Positions 38,601 to 52,457 of a DNA stretch of 64,000 nucleotides are shown piece after piece. Origin of the DNA: Balanoglossus misakiensis (Eukaryota; Animalia; Hemichordata); the NCBI GenBank assembly GCA_040954595.2, contig CM082583.2, positions 8,604,254 through 8,668,253 on the forward strand, given 5' to 3'. The number at the start of each line of letters is the position of its first letter. Position 1 is the first letter of the stretch. Below the pieces are notes generated by a model. That model was not told the DNA's origin. It saw only the letters and a list, made by a program, of their open reading frames with translations, and searched no databases. The position numbers and the translations under genes are program-made.

Positions 38601-41600
38601 GTAATTTGGTGCATTGGTTATGAGTTTTCCATTAGTTTCGACGGCCAGTTTCCTTTAACATGGGACTACATGGTGAATATTCAACGACAAAATTATCAGT
38701 GTTGGTTTTTTTCCCTTAAACTTTGTAGACATATATTCTATTCCTGTTACTGCTCTGCCGTGGGTTATTAAATTCTGATCTTAAGATTATCGAAAATGAA
38801 ATCTTTCCAAATGTCATTAACTCCCATATGAATTATGTACATTTAGCTGTTCTAGCGATTAATAGATTTTTTTCAATCTTTAAGTTGTCTGCTGGTTGTT
38901 CTCTTGGACTGAATTATTCCATTTTTTTCATTGATGTACATTTGTTTACAAGGTCGATGATGCAGATTGCCATCAGCGTCATTATTTAATACGGAATTTC
39001 CGAAAGGGATCAGAAAGTATTAGGAAAGCAAAGTCCTTGTATTTCAAGTATCAATAATGTTGATGAGGTTTATGCGTAATGCACATTGGAATGGATAATA
39101 TGTTAAAATCTGCGGCAATATGCAAATTGCTTGACAACTCTATACCCGTAGCAAATATGGACGATCAGATGTAATCTTGCTCTCTGAATTCATGTATGAT
39201 TTCTGTATGGATTTTGCAAATTCCAAGTGTAGTTGATAGTGATTTATAAGTAGGAGACTTTCCAAGGTGATTTTGTTTTTGCTGAGTAGACGTCGTGTAC
39301 ATAATGGATCGATTATGGTGATCTGTGGCAGTGTTCTGTGGCTGTGGAACAGGATGTTGCTTTTTTTATGAAAAATAAAATGTCTCAGTGCTCCTGCATA
39401 GAACAGCGTTAAATATCAAAGCTTGGAAGACAGCCATGAGGAGGTATACCCTCAGTGTTAAAAGGAAACTTGTGTTTGGCTCTAAGTGGTGTGCAGTTGC
39501 CTACTTACTGACGTCGGTTGTTTTAAAGAGAAAGCTAAATGTTGTTGGGAGTGTCACTGGGCTTTTAGACCTCCAGCATTTAGGATGCTGTGTAAATACA
39601 AGGCAATTAAACGGTAATGCTGGATGTTGAATAAATTGATCATTGTAGTGAAGTTTACGTCAGACTTCTCCATTTAAGACAGTCTGGGCATGATCCTAAA
39701 TGCAGTCGGTTCTTTGGCCAGCTGGTGACATATCGGGACAATCTAGTCTACTTGCAAATCCCCGCCGACTGACTCAGCAAAGGTGCCTTCTGATTGGCTC
39801 ATTAATCAAAACATTTGAGACACAGCCAGTCTGATTAGTTAATCCCCCCCTTCCCCCGTCCAATTAGGAAGAGCATTGCGTAAAGATCAGTCACATCTCC
39901 ACCGCATTTCAGTCTCAACTGCTTGATTGATTTGAGTGTGCATCAAATCAGTCATTGTTTCCTCGAAGTAAGTCACGTTTCTTTCGATCTGGTCAATCCC
40001 GAGTAAGTTGTGAAAGCTATCATCTATCCGAGAGGACGTTAAAAAAAGTAGAGTTTGTTCAGCAGCGTTGTGTACCATCACAGACATGTCAACCCAATAA
40101 TTGAAGTCCCTGTTCGCTTAAAAGAAAACGTACCCGCAGATATATTCAGCTTGAGACGCGTGAGGTTTCTAAACCATCAATCCCACGTTACTCCCAAGTG
40201 GCATTGACATATCAGGTGCGCAGTGTCTGAGTGATTTGCAGAATGGAAACACTGATAAAAAAACACGACAGAGGAGCCACTTTGTTCTCCTAATAGGGCC
40301 TGTCCTGTGCAGCTGCTGATGGGAGAATGATCACTATTTGATACCAGAGGTGCCAGTGGGTTTATTGCACATATTGATTTTAAAGCCATTTCTATATATA
40401 CGTCAGATGGCAAATGATGCAAATTATGGCCCTCTGCATTGTTCAGTAGAATATCCAAACTTAGCTAAAACATTTTTATGTGTATATACAGTTGAGATAC
40501 ATTTATCAAACTGAATATTTCCGTAACCTGTCATCTTGATGGCATATGTATTCATATGCAAGATAGATCAAGACATGAGTATGTCATTTAAGAAAATCAG
40601 TAACCAATCAGAGTGGATGATGCTGTCATAAGTGTAAAAAATCACTTTAGCAAGGTCAGTAGTTGAATGCCATTATCACATTTCATAAACTCAAAGTGTT
40701 CATGCATGTTTTCATTTCCAAGAAAAGTTTTCGAAATTTTGCAACTTGTTGGTACAGGAGACTTTGTGAAATGAAGAATGAAATAAAGACATTGATCTGA
40801 CATCCTACGTATGAGTACTTGGGGATTAATGGCCACTCATTAAGTAGCAGGATCCGATCAGAGATCGTATTGATCCCAAACCATTATGCGCATCTCCGAG
40901 CACATCGTCGTAAAAATTGCCTCTAATCCTACGGGGAGTTACAGCTGTTCAGACATCCAGATAGCCGATAATTTCCCCCGTGCCTTTCCCGGCGATTCCA
41001 GTGTTGACAAAACAAAAGCACACCTGGATTGGTGTTGTTTGCTAGCTCTCACTGTAATCCCAACAAAAGATGAACGCGCCGATACATCACGTTGCGAGGA
41101 TTATTCGCTGAGTGAGGAATTCTTGAAGATTTGATCTTCACACGTCTCTGTGGCTGTTTTATTGTCTCCGTCCGTACCTAATTATTGCACCTTTTTGATC
41201 TTTTCTGTTCTGCTTTCAACCTCGCTGTTGTGTGAGCCAAACGTGGCAAATGAATATTCTGTTCAGTATTAGCGTTTACCTATCATTCTGTGTTTGGAGA
41301 AGGAGAAGGTTTCTTCTTGTCTCTAATTCCAATCATTTCTATTTTGAAGGTAAACTTCGTCATCTCTATTTCAAAGATAAACTCTGTAACTTCAACTGAA
41401 TCACTGACTTTAAAATGTTATTGAATGCGGCAGGTTACCTCGGGGGTAAACTGCTACCAAATATTTGCTCTCTAAGAAGTTTTTTTTTTCCAATCAGCAC
41501 AGATTGGTTGCAGTGCCAAGGGAAATAGCACACTGGTGCAAATAATCACATTTTAAACTCATTTTCTAACATCTTGTGTAATCCCTGGCACTTTGGGGGA

Positions 41601-43322
41601 TACTGTGGGTGTCACTAGGGGAGCCAGGAAGTTCAAACCACATGGATGGCCCCCCAGATGAACTTAGTCTAGGGTTATTTTAAGGTGAAAAGAGCATTCA
41701 TTCAAATTAAAACTAGAGTGGGCTTTGTATATCCTGATTGATAATATCGTCTGCAGACAACGCTGCAATCTAGCCCCCTGCCCCATTTGCTTCTCTTCGT
41801 TGGGTTTGGCTTTTAGTGGTAGTTAATCGCCAATCATTACGGCAATAACCAAATTACCTGCAAAACAAACTCAATTGCGTGCATTTTAAAAGCCGAATGG
41901 AGAGGAAAGAAATCCCCCTTTGCCGATGCAATCAGAAGAAAAAAAAGCAGATAAAAGCACAGATTATGGTGTTTGCTTTGGAATTCACCAGCTGTACCCA
42001 GAAGAAGGTTCTGTTAACCTTGTCAACAGTCCCCAGGGGAGTTAGACTGTCCGCATGTATAAATGCACCAGACGGGCTTGATGAAATCATGGCTGGGGGG
42101 ATAGATTCGACCGTGAACGGAGGCTGTGTTTTGGCCGGAGGGATGGATTTCCACAAATTAAAAATGTAACAACTTTGAATACGTGACAGATGGAGTGTTT
42201 GTGTCAATCAAGATGTGCTTTGCCACTGAAGTGATTTTTTCAGGAGATTCTGGACTTCATTACTACTTAACAGCACAACTCGATTGATAAGAAAATATTC
42301 ATGTTTGTTAATACTTTTTTCACCCTGGCCGAATGACTTATTGATAAATTACCTAAGTGGCTTACAACACGAAATAAATAAAAAATTACTGATCATAAAA
42401 CTATTTTTCTCAATACATGTATAAGTGTACACATATCCCTGGTAATCACCGGGTAGATAATCTATTATGGAAACCATAAACTCTCACAGAAAAGTTACGC
42501 TTGAAGGATTGTGTTCATTCTGCCAGTGTATCATCTCCATGAAATTATAAACAACTGAAGGGTGTATAAAACTCGTATTAAGATTTCAATTTCCTGATTT
42601 GGCCAACTCTGTGTGCATGCTGCCATGATAACACATCTGAGCCCATGAATGAAGAATGAGCCTTGTCATCAACAAGCTTTTCCCTTCATTTCGGGGGTGA
42701 TAATAATGCGACTGAAATATTTAGAGCACTACCGGTATTACCGTTTTATGTAATGTTACTGATCTAATGAGGTAGCTGCATCACATTGTCGTTTATGATC
42801 GTACATTTGTACATTGCTCTTTTCTCTAGCGAAGTGTGCTAAAATGATGACCTTAATCGTCCACTCTTCGGGCACACAACTGTTTGCATCTCTGTCGGTG
42901 TAAAATGAATTTCAAGTCTGGTTGTATGGCAATAGATGGAACTCTTTGCCCGTGCAATGCCATTCATTCAACAACAGCTTCATAATGAACATAAGCTGAC
43001 TATCAGAGCCAGCCATTTGACTTTTAATCAGGGTTTTAAGGGTTTCAGTAATTTCTAGACGGGCAAACCATTCTTTGAGGTTTTCAAATTTAATAGGGGT
43101 AATATTTTACTCGTGCCAGATGCCATATTTTAGCCAGAGGCCACATGCAGCAGAATTCATCTCGTTTATTGGATACGTTTGATTTCAGTCATGTGGCAAA
43201 CTACACTCAGTTAAATATAATGTGCAAATATTCATGAAGACAAAAATGGAAATGTCAAGATGTACAGTGAAATATGTTTCTGGAAGAGCTCTTCGTAGCT
43301 GTGAATTGGAAGATGAGTGGCT

Positions 43323-43344
43323 GATGATGATGATGATGATGATG
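43323..43344. repeat. Short (GAT)n microsatellite
   Basis: About 7 units, read directly. Confidence 0.9.
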
Positions 43345-44648
43345 AAGGTGGTGTTGTTGATTTTGTTGCGAGTATAGTGGGGGTAACCGAAAATGAGTGA
43401 TGAGCCTGTGTCAACTATGTACAGTGTGATTATAGTAACATCCCTCACAGTATTGTTATCTTGGTTTTACACCATCAATACTGTACAAATTCACCGTGGC
43501 AACATGACTGTGGTGTACAGAATTTTCCTCGTTATGGGTTTCCTGGGTCAGAAAGTGGGTATACTTTGGGAATAATGACACGTAATTGTCAACGGAATGA
43601 TAATTTTCCTGGTATTTCATACTCTCTGGCTGCACACTAAAGTCACACTGACGTTTTCAAAATCCTCCAGTTTGGTGCCACTCGACGCGAGTGACAGCGC
43701 TTTGTGTCCATCACTCAGCAACGACGTTATTCGCTTTTGATCGTGATAATAAAAACAATTTCCTTCTGACATCACCCTTTCCATTCAGCTGTCAGCGTTT
43801 GGCACATCTCCAACAGAGAACCAAAGACTCTCTTCTACGGAAAAGAGCGATAAATTTCCAACCTCGCTCTTTGTCGTCGAATTTTCAAAGGCAGTTGGTG
43901 TGACTTTTGTAGTGTGGTTTTAAATCGCTTCGCTAGATGAAACTTCTGACCTGATTGAGGAGAGTGCTTTCAGTGAAACGAAGTTCCTGGTTTTTAGTCG
44001 TCTCCTCATCCTCTTATTCTCTGCAGCTCATGTATCCATGAAATGGAGGCATGGAAATGCTCTAAACTAATCACGTACTAATCTCTGTCTTCTCTTTCTT
44101 TGCATCTGTCTGTAGAATTAGCTTATCAAGCAGATATATGACTCCCACTCAAGCAGGAGTTTCCTATTGCATTCTAGTCTAGCCAGTATTTTCCTTACGT
44201 AAGCTCTTAAAATGCTCAAAAGGGAACTGTTCTCAAAATATTTCCTAGATGATTTAAAAATATCCTGTGTACGATCATTTGTATGTAGTATATTATGGAA
44301 TTTTTATACAAAAGGATTATTTGTGAACATTTTGTACGAGAGCAAGGCCAGTTGCTACCAATGGCAGAAATTTAGCCTTCAAATTTATTTTAAAATTCCA
44401 TAGATTGGTTTTGAAATCTCATTATGCATTTGGAGCTTGGTAATGCAAATGCTGGTGTAGACCTGAACTTGAATTCACAACTTCCTTCTTTCATCTAGAA
44501 CTAACTATACTGCCTGTAGGAGTAATACAAGTAGTAGTACACTCTGCAACTTATACATCTGTTTCACCACTTTCTGCGATGAACTAAAAACCACCTGATC
44601 TCTAAAATTTGTCTCCTGTCTGTTTTTGTTGTTTTTGTGTTTCTGCAG

Positions 44649-44794
44649 TGCGGGGTCCCCATGATCCGCCAGTCTTGGAACATGGCATCATTTACCCGGC
44701 CGGGTACCTGGGCTCCACTCAGATCATCTGTAACAAGCCACCTAGCAAGAAAGTTCGCATGCAGCAGGCGCAGGAGGCCGTGAGCAGGATCAAG
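44649..44794 (+). CDS. APBA: APBA exon 4, start of PTB domain ([25 protein letters not shown]...[10 protein letters not shown])
   Basis: Acceptor tgtgtttctgcag, phase 1; donor AAG|GTGAGT; clear similarity to Mint [25 protein letters not shown]. Confidence 0.95.
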
Positions 44795-44807
44795 GTGAGT
44801 ATGTGCA

Positions 44808-44810
<3 letters not shown>

Positions 44811-44874
<64 letters not shown>

Positions 44875-44900
44875 GTGCGTGCACGTGTGTGTGTGTGTGC
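44811..44900. repeat. (GT)n microsatellite starting 16 nt after the exon 4 donor
   Basis: Read directly; ~29 pure units followed by degenerate units. Confidence 0.98.
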
Positions 44901-47900
44901 ATATGTGCCCGTATGGAACTTCGCTTGCAATATGGGTTTGAAACACAATTATATTTTAACCAGTTTGTGCTAAAGGACAGTGCTCTTTATTTACAATTCT
45001 TCTTAATCTGTGCTAGAGAAGTAGTTAATTACTGAGAACTCTTAAACAGAGAAGGCTATACTAGGGTCGTAGGTCCATTTAAAAGTTTAACCGTCCCCAC
45101 AGTTTCCGGGAAGCGTAAACATTTTCTCTCTGCTCTGCTGTTGTCATTGTCATTCAACCGTAGTTCGAAGAAAGCGTTGTTAATGGCAGGTAGATTTCAT
45201 CGGATTTATGCGTCTGGTCGGTCACCCACGATCACTATCCTCGAGTCAGAGTGTATGAACTATCTTTTTGACTTTGTGAGTAGAATACAAGCTCCTACAC
45301 ACACTCTGAAAAAAAATGGCCGTAATTTAACACCTGCTGTGTTTTTTACCTAAAGCCTATTTACCGAATTAGTGACAGCGTTGGGAGCAATTTGTACAAA
45401 TTATTTAGCAAGTGCAGAGAGTTATTTTAATCAGCAGTACCCAGTACCTCTTAGTTTGTGTTTCATGAAAACCCCTCTGACAGCAGTTAATGTTCTGTAA
45501 TAGTGCTGTGAGACCAAAAAATCCTGAGCAAAATATTAATTAGCCTAAATGGCTGCCATGAATGATCCTGTCTTCTACCGGTTTGTGATTTTCTCGTCAT
45601 GTCATAGCTGAGAAAAAAAATGCATTTTCGTCTGGATAAAAACCTTCCAGTAATGTTTCAATGTAATACACGAGATGATTGCCCTGATAAGATTAACTAG
45701 CTGCTCGAGTCTCATGTGAGACTTTTATACTTTTACCACAAAAAAATGACAGGATGTGAGGTCACGCGGGGGTGATGCAAATGACCAAGTGAGACAGTTG
45801 TGGAATCCCCATCAAATTTACTCATTGTCAGCAACACTGCGATAACATTTCTCTGAAGACCTGTAGCTCTCGGCCATCGCGTATTCTCCCGACTAATTTC
45901 GAAGCCCCATTACTGCTATTAAAAGTTTGAGTACTTTGAACTGGCGCTGTAAAAACTCATTTTTCATTCATAATGGACCCAACCACCGTAGAAAAAAAAA
46001 GCGCGGGGAATCTCAGTGAGATGTCAGGCTGCTTCCAGGACACCCCACATTTCGTAGCCACAGGATACCTCCAGAGGGCAGTGTAGCCACATTGGTAGAA
46101 AACAAAATGACGTGTCTTTGACTTCACCGGACATCATTCATTTATCGGTTGATGCGGTCAGATCCACCTCAGCTTCTCATCACTAAGTCACTAATTCCCC
46201 AGTCATGAAAAAGTGTGCACTGGGACTTAATAAGTAAATTAAAAACGATAAAAATTTGATCAGTTTGGAATTAAAGCAGTAAATGAAGATGGCTGCCAAA
46301 TCCTATTTGGCAAGAGTGGGTTTGAAGAAATAATATTGCAGTTGGTGATTGCTCAGTGATTACGATGAATTCCCACTGCACTTCACTTGTGAAGTGGTGA
46401 TCAGGTAGGACAAATGTCTGCTTTCTGATCACCGTGGCCTTGCGAGTATTCGTCGAAATCCAGTGTTCTCAATGTTCAGTTACATCAGGTGTGAAGTACC
46501 TCTGTGGTTCTAAATTTTCATGTGATTTGGTATTTAATAATAAGCATGCCAACAAAGTAAGGTTTGAAATCGTAACTAATAATGAAAAACATAAAGGCTA
46601 ACGGTAGAATCTATCCCTGTCTTTCAAAGCATCTCTTTTGCTTTGCTTAAATATGCAGTCAGCAAAAAATCCTCTTTTCTTGCTCGACGAGGTCTTTTTA
46701 TGTTCACAATCAGCCCTCAGAGAGTTGTCATTAATTTTTCTGTTTTTATTACAAGAATGTCGTTAAGTTTATTGCTTGGCTCCACATCCCCAAATCCAGT
46801 GTGTGGCCTTTATTTTCATTTTATTGCCAGGTTTGTAAATCAGTTCCCATCACTGTAATGCCACCGTATGCAATGGTGTCTCTTTCTAAAAATGATTAAA
46901 ATCAGTCATTTTTTTTCATCCTTTAGTGGTGTGGTATCTCAGGGTTGCTTAGGTTCTGGCCACAGTCAGTCATCCATACTCACTCTTGCCAGTCTGTCTG
47001 TCCGTCTGTCTGTCCGTGCCGTATTCTGTCTGTACCTTTTTGCACTACTTTCGTGTCCACAAGCAGACACACAGACAACCAACTCTACCCTGTCTTTCTG
47101 TCTGTCTCTGTCTCTCTCTCTCCACCCCGATGTCAACTTCCAACAGTTGCCACACACATCGACTCACAAATACAAAATATGTGCATCTTTTCTTTGATAG
47201 CCCCGGCGCTGACCATCACCTCTGACGAACTGTCCCAACCACCTGATCAAACAACCCATTTAACGTTTTGAGTATCTCCACCACAGTAACCTGAAATCTC
47301 TCTCCTTTTTCTAGTCTTTGCCCCTCATGGACAAGGCACGCTTGTACCCCTATGATGCCATGGCACAGTCCACAGATCTTTTCCTCTCTCATACTATTCC
47401 CGCTTTCAGATCGACATCTCTCCATCTTTCTTTTTCTGTCCAGGGCTTCTTCTGGAAGACTGTCTTAGAATGCAGTGTTTCTTTGCCATGCTAATTCTCT
47501 CTGTCTATCTTTCTCTCCTGTCTTGGTGTTAATCTGCAGATTTCTATTTTCCACGTTGTTGCAACTCAGCTTAGTGTATACGTCCGTAATTTTGTCATCA
47601 TCACCACAAACAACATTTAAACTGTTGCAGCACCTTAGCTTCAGGAGGCATCTTGCTATTAAGCAGCATTTTGCTTTTAATTGGCCAATAAGCCAAAATG
47701 GCTACCGGCAACTTTCTCAAGGATTAGAAATAATCGTAAAAGATTTAAATCGTTTTTATCAAAGCTTTGCAGATCATTTCCCTAGGTGCTGATTAATAAT
47801 TACTTGCAGGAAAATGAGTGATTCTGTCACACGTAAATAGCCTAGCTTTATCATGTGAAGTTAGAGGTATCAGATATATTTGAAAGGACTGTAGACATGT

Positions 47901-49564
47901 CATGCGAGGCTGTGTTAGTTATATGTAGAAAATAGTAAGTCTTGCGTATGCCTGGTACATTTCTGCCAGTGAGAGTTCAAAGATTAACAAGCAAATTACA
48001 CTGATATTTTCACTTTAATGCCAAGCTGTTATGTACTGCATTGAAAATGGAATTGATTGTATCAGTGCGTTATCTGTCCAGTATCTTCAGCTCAGAAAAA
48101 TAAATTTTAGAATAAAAATGTTTCGGAAAGTGAGTTTCAAGGAGTTCGTTTTGCAAGGTGAGAAATGTCACCCTCAAGATTTTCTTCTCGTCGACTTTGA
48201 TGAAAATGTTAAATGTTTTAATGCAAACTAGTGGTAGCAAACTCTCTTGTGACTCCTGTCAGACTGCACTCTGTACTGTACTCTTCTGCAATTGAATTTT
48301 GTAGACCCTTGTAGTTTAGTTGGTGTATTTAACATGTTTAGTGGACACCTAGGGGAGTAGAGAGAAACCTGCATGTTTACTTCAAGTGCACTTTCAGTAG
48401 AATAGAACTTGTTTTGTTGTTGTGTGTCCGTGTGTGTCTCACTGTTTCAAAACCACTACAGTAACTGTTGCACTCACAGCAGTCATTACCAGTGAAACTG
48501 TTATACTGAAAAAAAAACACCTTGAGTTTGACACAGCATCTTGAAGCAACGTGCCTTGAGCAATCGCAGAAACTAATAGACAATTGGAGTTCTCGTTACA
48601 GCAGACATGAACATAATCTGTGTTTAACGACTATGTGCCCCCCCTCTTTAGCCGCTTGTCCCCCCTCGGGGCAACCTTCCATTATGCAAATCTCCGATCA
48701 AGAATTCTCTAGTCCAGGTAAATTTCATTTATACTGGGCCGGGGCCTTGTATTACCGGACGAGCTGGGGGAACGCAAACTGCAGTGTTGGGGGGGATGAT
48801 GTTGAACCGTTTAGTCGGCCAGAATGATTAGATGGCGCGGTGGGAACTGTAGCGAGGGTAGATGAAAGTACTGATTGGTTGCCCCCCAGGCCACTGACGT
48901 CTGGTAATTAGTCTGCTTTACCTCGAACAATGTGTTCCGGCAACATGCATTTTGTGTGTGACTGCGATTTCACCGCAGAGCCGAATTAACAGACATGTCT
49001 CGTTTGTGGGAGAGCGGCGTTTATTAGTAGAGACTCCTACAAGGCCAACAGGCTTCCACAAAAAAACAACCAAACCACCATGATCCCGTGCATGTCAGGT
49101 GTCATGTTGTCAGTTGACTCATTAAGAACGAGGTAGTCCCCAGCACGAAAAGTTATGTCAGAAAATTGTGGCTAGGAAAACTTTGGTAGTCTACGACTTC
49201 CATAGGATAAACAATATTGCAATTTTGCTATCAATGCCACGTGATTTCCAACCTACAAATACATCAAGAGTTTTATTGTGTATCATTTCATTACTCAAAT
49301 GTCCTGTCAAATTAAAAAAAATGTTTTATCATTTGTGTCGACTTACTAACATCTTTCACTGGTAATGACCCCTGTGTTTGTGACCTCCTTTTTTGACAAT
49401 TCCAATGCGGCCATGTTTTTCTGGTCACACACAAACTTCCGTGACCAGCCCGTGTGACTAACGGCGATGCCCGTCATAACACAGTGTCCCATTTCTGTGT
49501 CAATCTAATTTGTCCTCTTTTTTTTCTTTTCTGATAATTTTTTCCATGTCATTCCATGCAATAG

Positions 49565-49591
49565 ACCAGGTTATGGAGATACTCATATCAG
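49565..49591 (+). CDS. APBA: Candidate 27-nt alternative microexon (TRLWRYSYQ) in the PTB domain
   Basis: CTAAT branch-like site, long pyrimidine tract, TGC just upstream of the TAG acceptor; phase 0-0, no stop; donor CAG|GTGGTT. Confidence 0.5.
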
Positions 49592-52370
49592 GTGGTTAAG
49601 TCTTGAATTTTCATTCCTCTTTTTAACGTAATTTTAACTCTTGTCAATCTGTTTGGTGTATTTTCCCCCATTCTCTCTTTCTTGAACACTTCTGATCCAT
49701 TCCATTGTGTCAATCATTCGGCGGTTAGAACCCGTACCCCATCCACAAAATCTACATGAGATGTACAAGATTCTCTGTGTTTAGAAATAAGCCAGTCACC
49801 ATTGCCTGCCTCTCCGGAGCACTTTTTATCTGTCATTCGAAAAAGATAATGTATTTCTCACCTGGTTATTGTATACTTTTTCTGTCTTTCTTTCTGTCTT
49901 TCTTTCATCACTCAGATTTCAATGAAATGAGGGGAGGGGAGGGGGGTTAGACTTGTACATTTAGAAGGACACGTTTGGCTTTGAAGCACCCCACCCGCTA
50001 AATAAAGCTGCTAGAATTTGGTGATGCATGTCAAACATTGAAATCTGGGTGATTATGATACCACAGCGTTTAAGAAAGAGAGAGCGAGACAGAGACAGAC
50101 AGACGTAGATCATTTTAATATGTGTGAAAAATTGATTTGGCAATATGGACAAGAAACCTATCACTCAGTTTTAATGAGAGAACAAGAAGCCAAATTAAAA
50201 TTGAGTGCCAGGTTCTTTGTCCATGATTCTGTCAGCTGTGGTGATCACTCTTCACCAATGGTTCGCATCTTTATTGTCTTCGTTTGATGTGTGCAATGCA
50301 AGTTCCTCACCCTCTCGCATCCTCTTCACAAACATGCACACTTGTATCTGTTTGATATGATTGCATAGCTTCACATGGTTCAGGCCATCATCACTGATAA
50401 TCCACTTGTACTCACTGATCAGGGTGTTAAACGCTTGTTTTCACCAAAGCTTTGGGTATCATCTCACAAGTATGCATACAAATAACAAGGTGGTTGTCGC
50501 TTGAGCTATTTTCACAGGTTTCTACCCTTCACAGCTTGCCTGGGAATGACCTATCCACTCAGAATATCCTGTGTTCTGCGTTATCACCTCTCTTTTAATT
50601 TTTTCCCTCTCAAAATGGTTGCTGTGTTGGTATTTTTTTTTTAGAAACAGCTCTGTAGTATAGAACACCTCTGATACAACTTCCTGACTTTTCTCCTTTA
50701 TTCTATTTCTACTAACAAAAACTTGCTGCAGCTGTTCTCTAGGTCCTTGAAGTTCATTTCTCTCTGCTTTCATTTCCTTCTCTTTTATCCTCTCTTCAGC
50801 TAGCCCACACCTGTAGTTTTTTTTAGAATACTTGATCCTATTCTCTCGTTTATAGGTCATATGGCACAAGGAGTTCTTTGCCTCTCTACTGGCATTAATG
50901 TTCGCTACATTGTACATACACGTTTTCCATCTGATGTTTAGTTAGCATCCAATCTACAAGATGGTGTAATTTGCATATAGGGCCTTCTAAGCTTATTAAA
51001 ATTCATACTGCAAATCATCATGGTTCTTTGCTTATTCTATTTCCCTCTTTTATTCTGTCTCTTTGTAAAGCGTCTTACATGTATGTGTGGGGAAGTTCGT
51101 CTACCAACCAGTGTCACTCTTAAGTGTTTGCTCCCACTAGTTGCTATGATCTCGAAAAGGCAGGGTTTTTAACAGATAATGTAATTGGTGGGCAATGCCA
51201 TAAACATAAGTGGCACAGTATGCAGTTTGACTGATATCTTTGAAATGACAGACCCCTCTTCTGTGAAACTAAAAGCTGCACGTAAACTGGCTTATTTCTA
51301 ATAATCATGTCATCATGGGGGCAACATCCAATTACAATATAAATTCTTCATAATTTTGAGGTGTTTTAGTTGTGTGTGATTGATCACATCTTAATGTGTG
51401 TCTGTAATGGCATTTTGAGCAGTAACATAGGGAGTTCATTTAAAATCCATGGTACATTAAGGTTCTGTCATTTATATCGTTTGCAGTAAAAAGGTATTAA
51501 AGTGGCATTGCCTTTTTGTGGAATTTGTTGTTCTGACAATCAACCAGTTTATTGAACAAATAATTACCATAGGATATTCCCTGAGAAATTCTTCAGAAGG
51601 GCAATGTCACTTTAATGCCTTTGCATTTTCTTGTTCAGTCATATCACCTACTCGTAAAATATTCAAAGTCCACAGCTCATGTGCACATTAAAGATCGTTT
51701 GTATTCAAGTCTTATTGCTTTTAAGAGTTTGTTTTGATATTTTGTATACTTTAACAAATACCGCATAACCAAGCTTATATTATCTGCTGTGACAAATGTA
51801 TACATTTCTGTTAAGATATTAAGAAACCAATTGGAGAATTGAAACCCGTCTATCATGAAATTTTTATGATATGTGAGCATCTGATGTTTGCTTTGTGCCT
51901 GGGTACTAGCTCTGCGAATAAGAACAGAAATAGATGTAATTTGCCTTCAGTAGATGATGCAAAGTTTACTCTCAAATGCATATAATGCTATTACTGTTGA
52001 CTCTCTGAAATGGTATTGTGACTCTGTCAACCCTTGGGGGCAGGCATTTTCATGATTAGGTTAATCTGGAGGTGATTCGTGGAACAGGATTATACAAATA
52101 CATGTACACTGAGATTCATTGATTCATGAGTTTTCTCTTGAAACACATTTGAATGTTTCACATGGTATTTCAAAAGTGCAGGAAAAGTGGTTGCCTTCTT
52201 AGCTGAGAAGTTTCGTTTTGGGTGGGTCTTAATTCTTTGCTGATTAGTGATAATTCTGATGCACGCACCAACACAAATTGATGCACATGTATTCACTTCG
52301 AGGTTTGATATATTCTGCATGATATGCTACTGACTGACCCTTTTCTGTGTCACTCTGTCTGTGTTTTCAG

Positions 52371-52457
52371 GCGCCTGATGGTGAAACGCAGCCAAGTACA
52401 GATGTTGATATATTCATATCGATAGAAAGAGTCAAAGTGCTCAATGCAGACACAGAG
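52371..52457 (+). CDS. APBA: APBA exon 5, PTB ([29 protein letters not shown])
   Basis: Branch-like CTGAC, pyrimidine tract and ttttcag acceptor; donor GAG|GTAAGG; 87 nt, phase 0-0; matches Mint APEGESQP.TEVDLFIST.RIKVLNADTQ. Confidence 0.95.

Noticed and set aside
41879-42169. 96-aa intronic ORF as an alternative first exon
   Set aside because: No convincing donor in the phase needed to join 44649; no homology recognised.
44564-45035. HT/CV-repeat ORFs
   Set aside because: Translations of the (GT)n repeat.
51071-51080. 10-nt microexon-like segment (aag|CGTCTTACAT|gtatgt)
   Set aside because: Not frame-preserving, and the donor is created by the ubiquitous TACATGTA motif.
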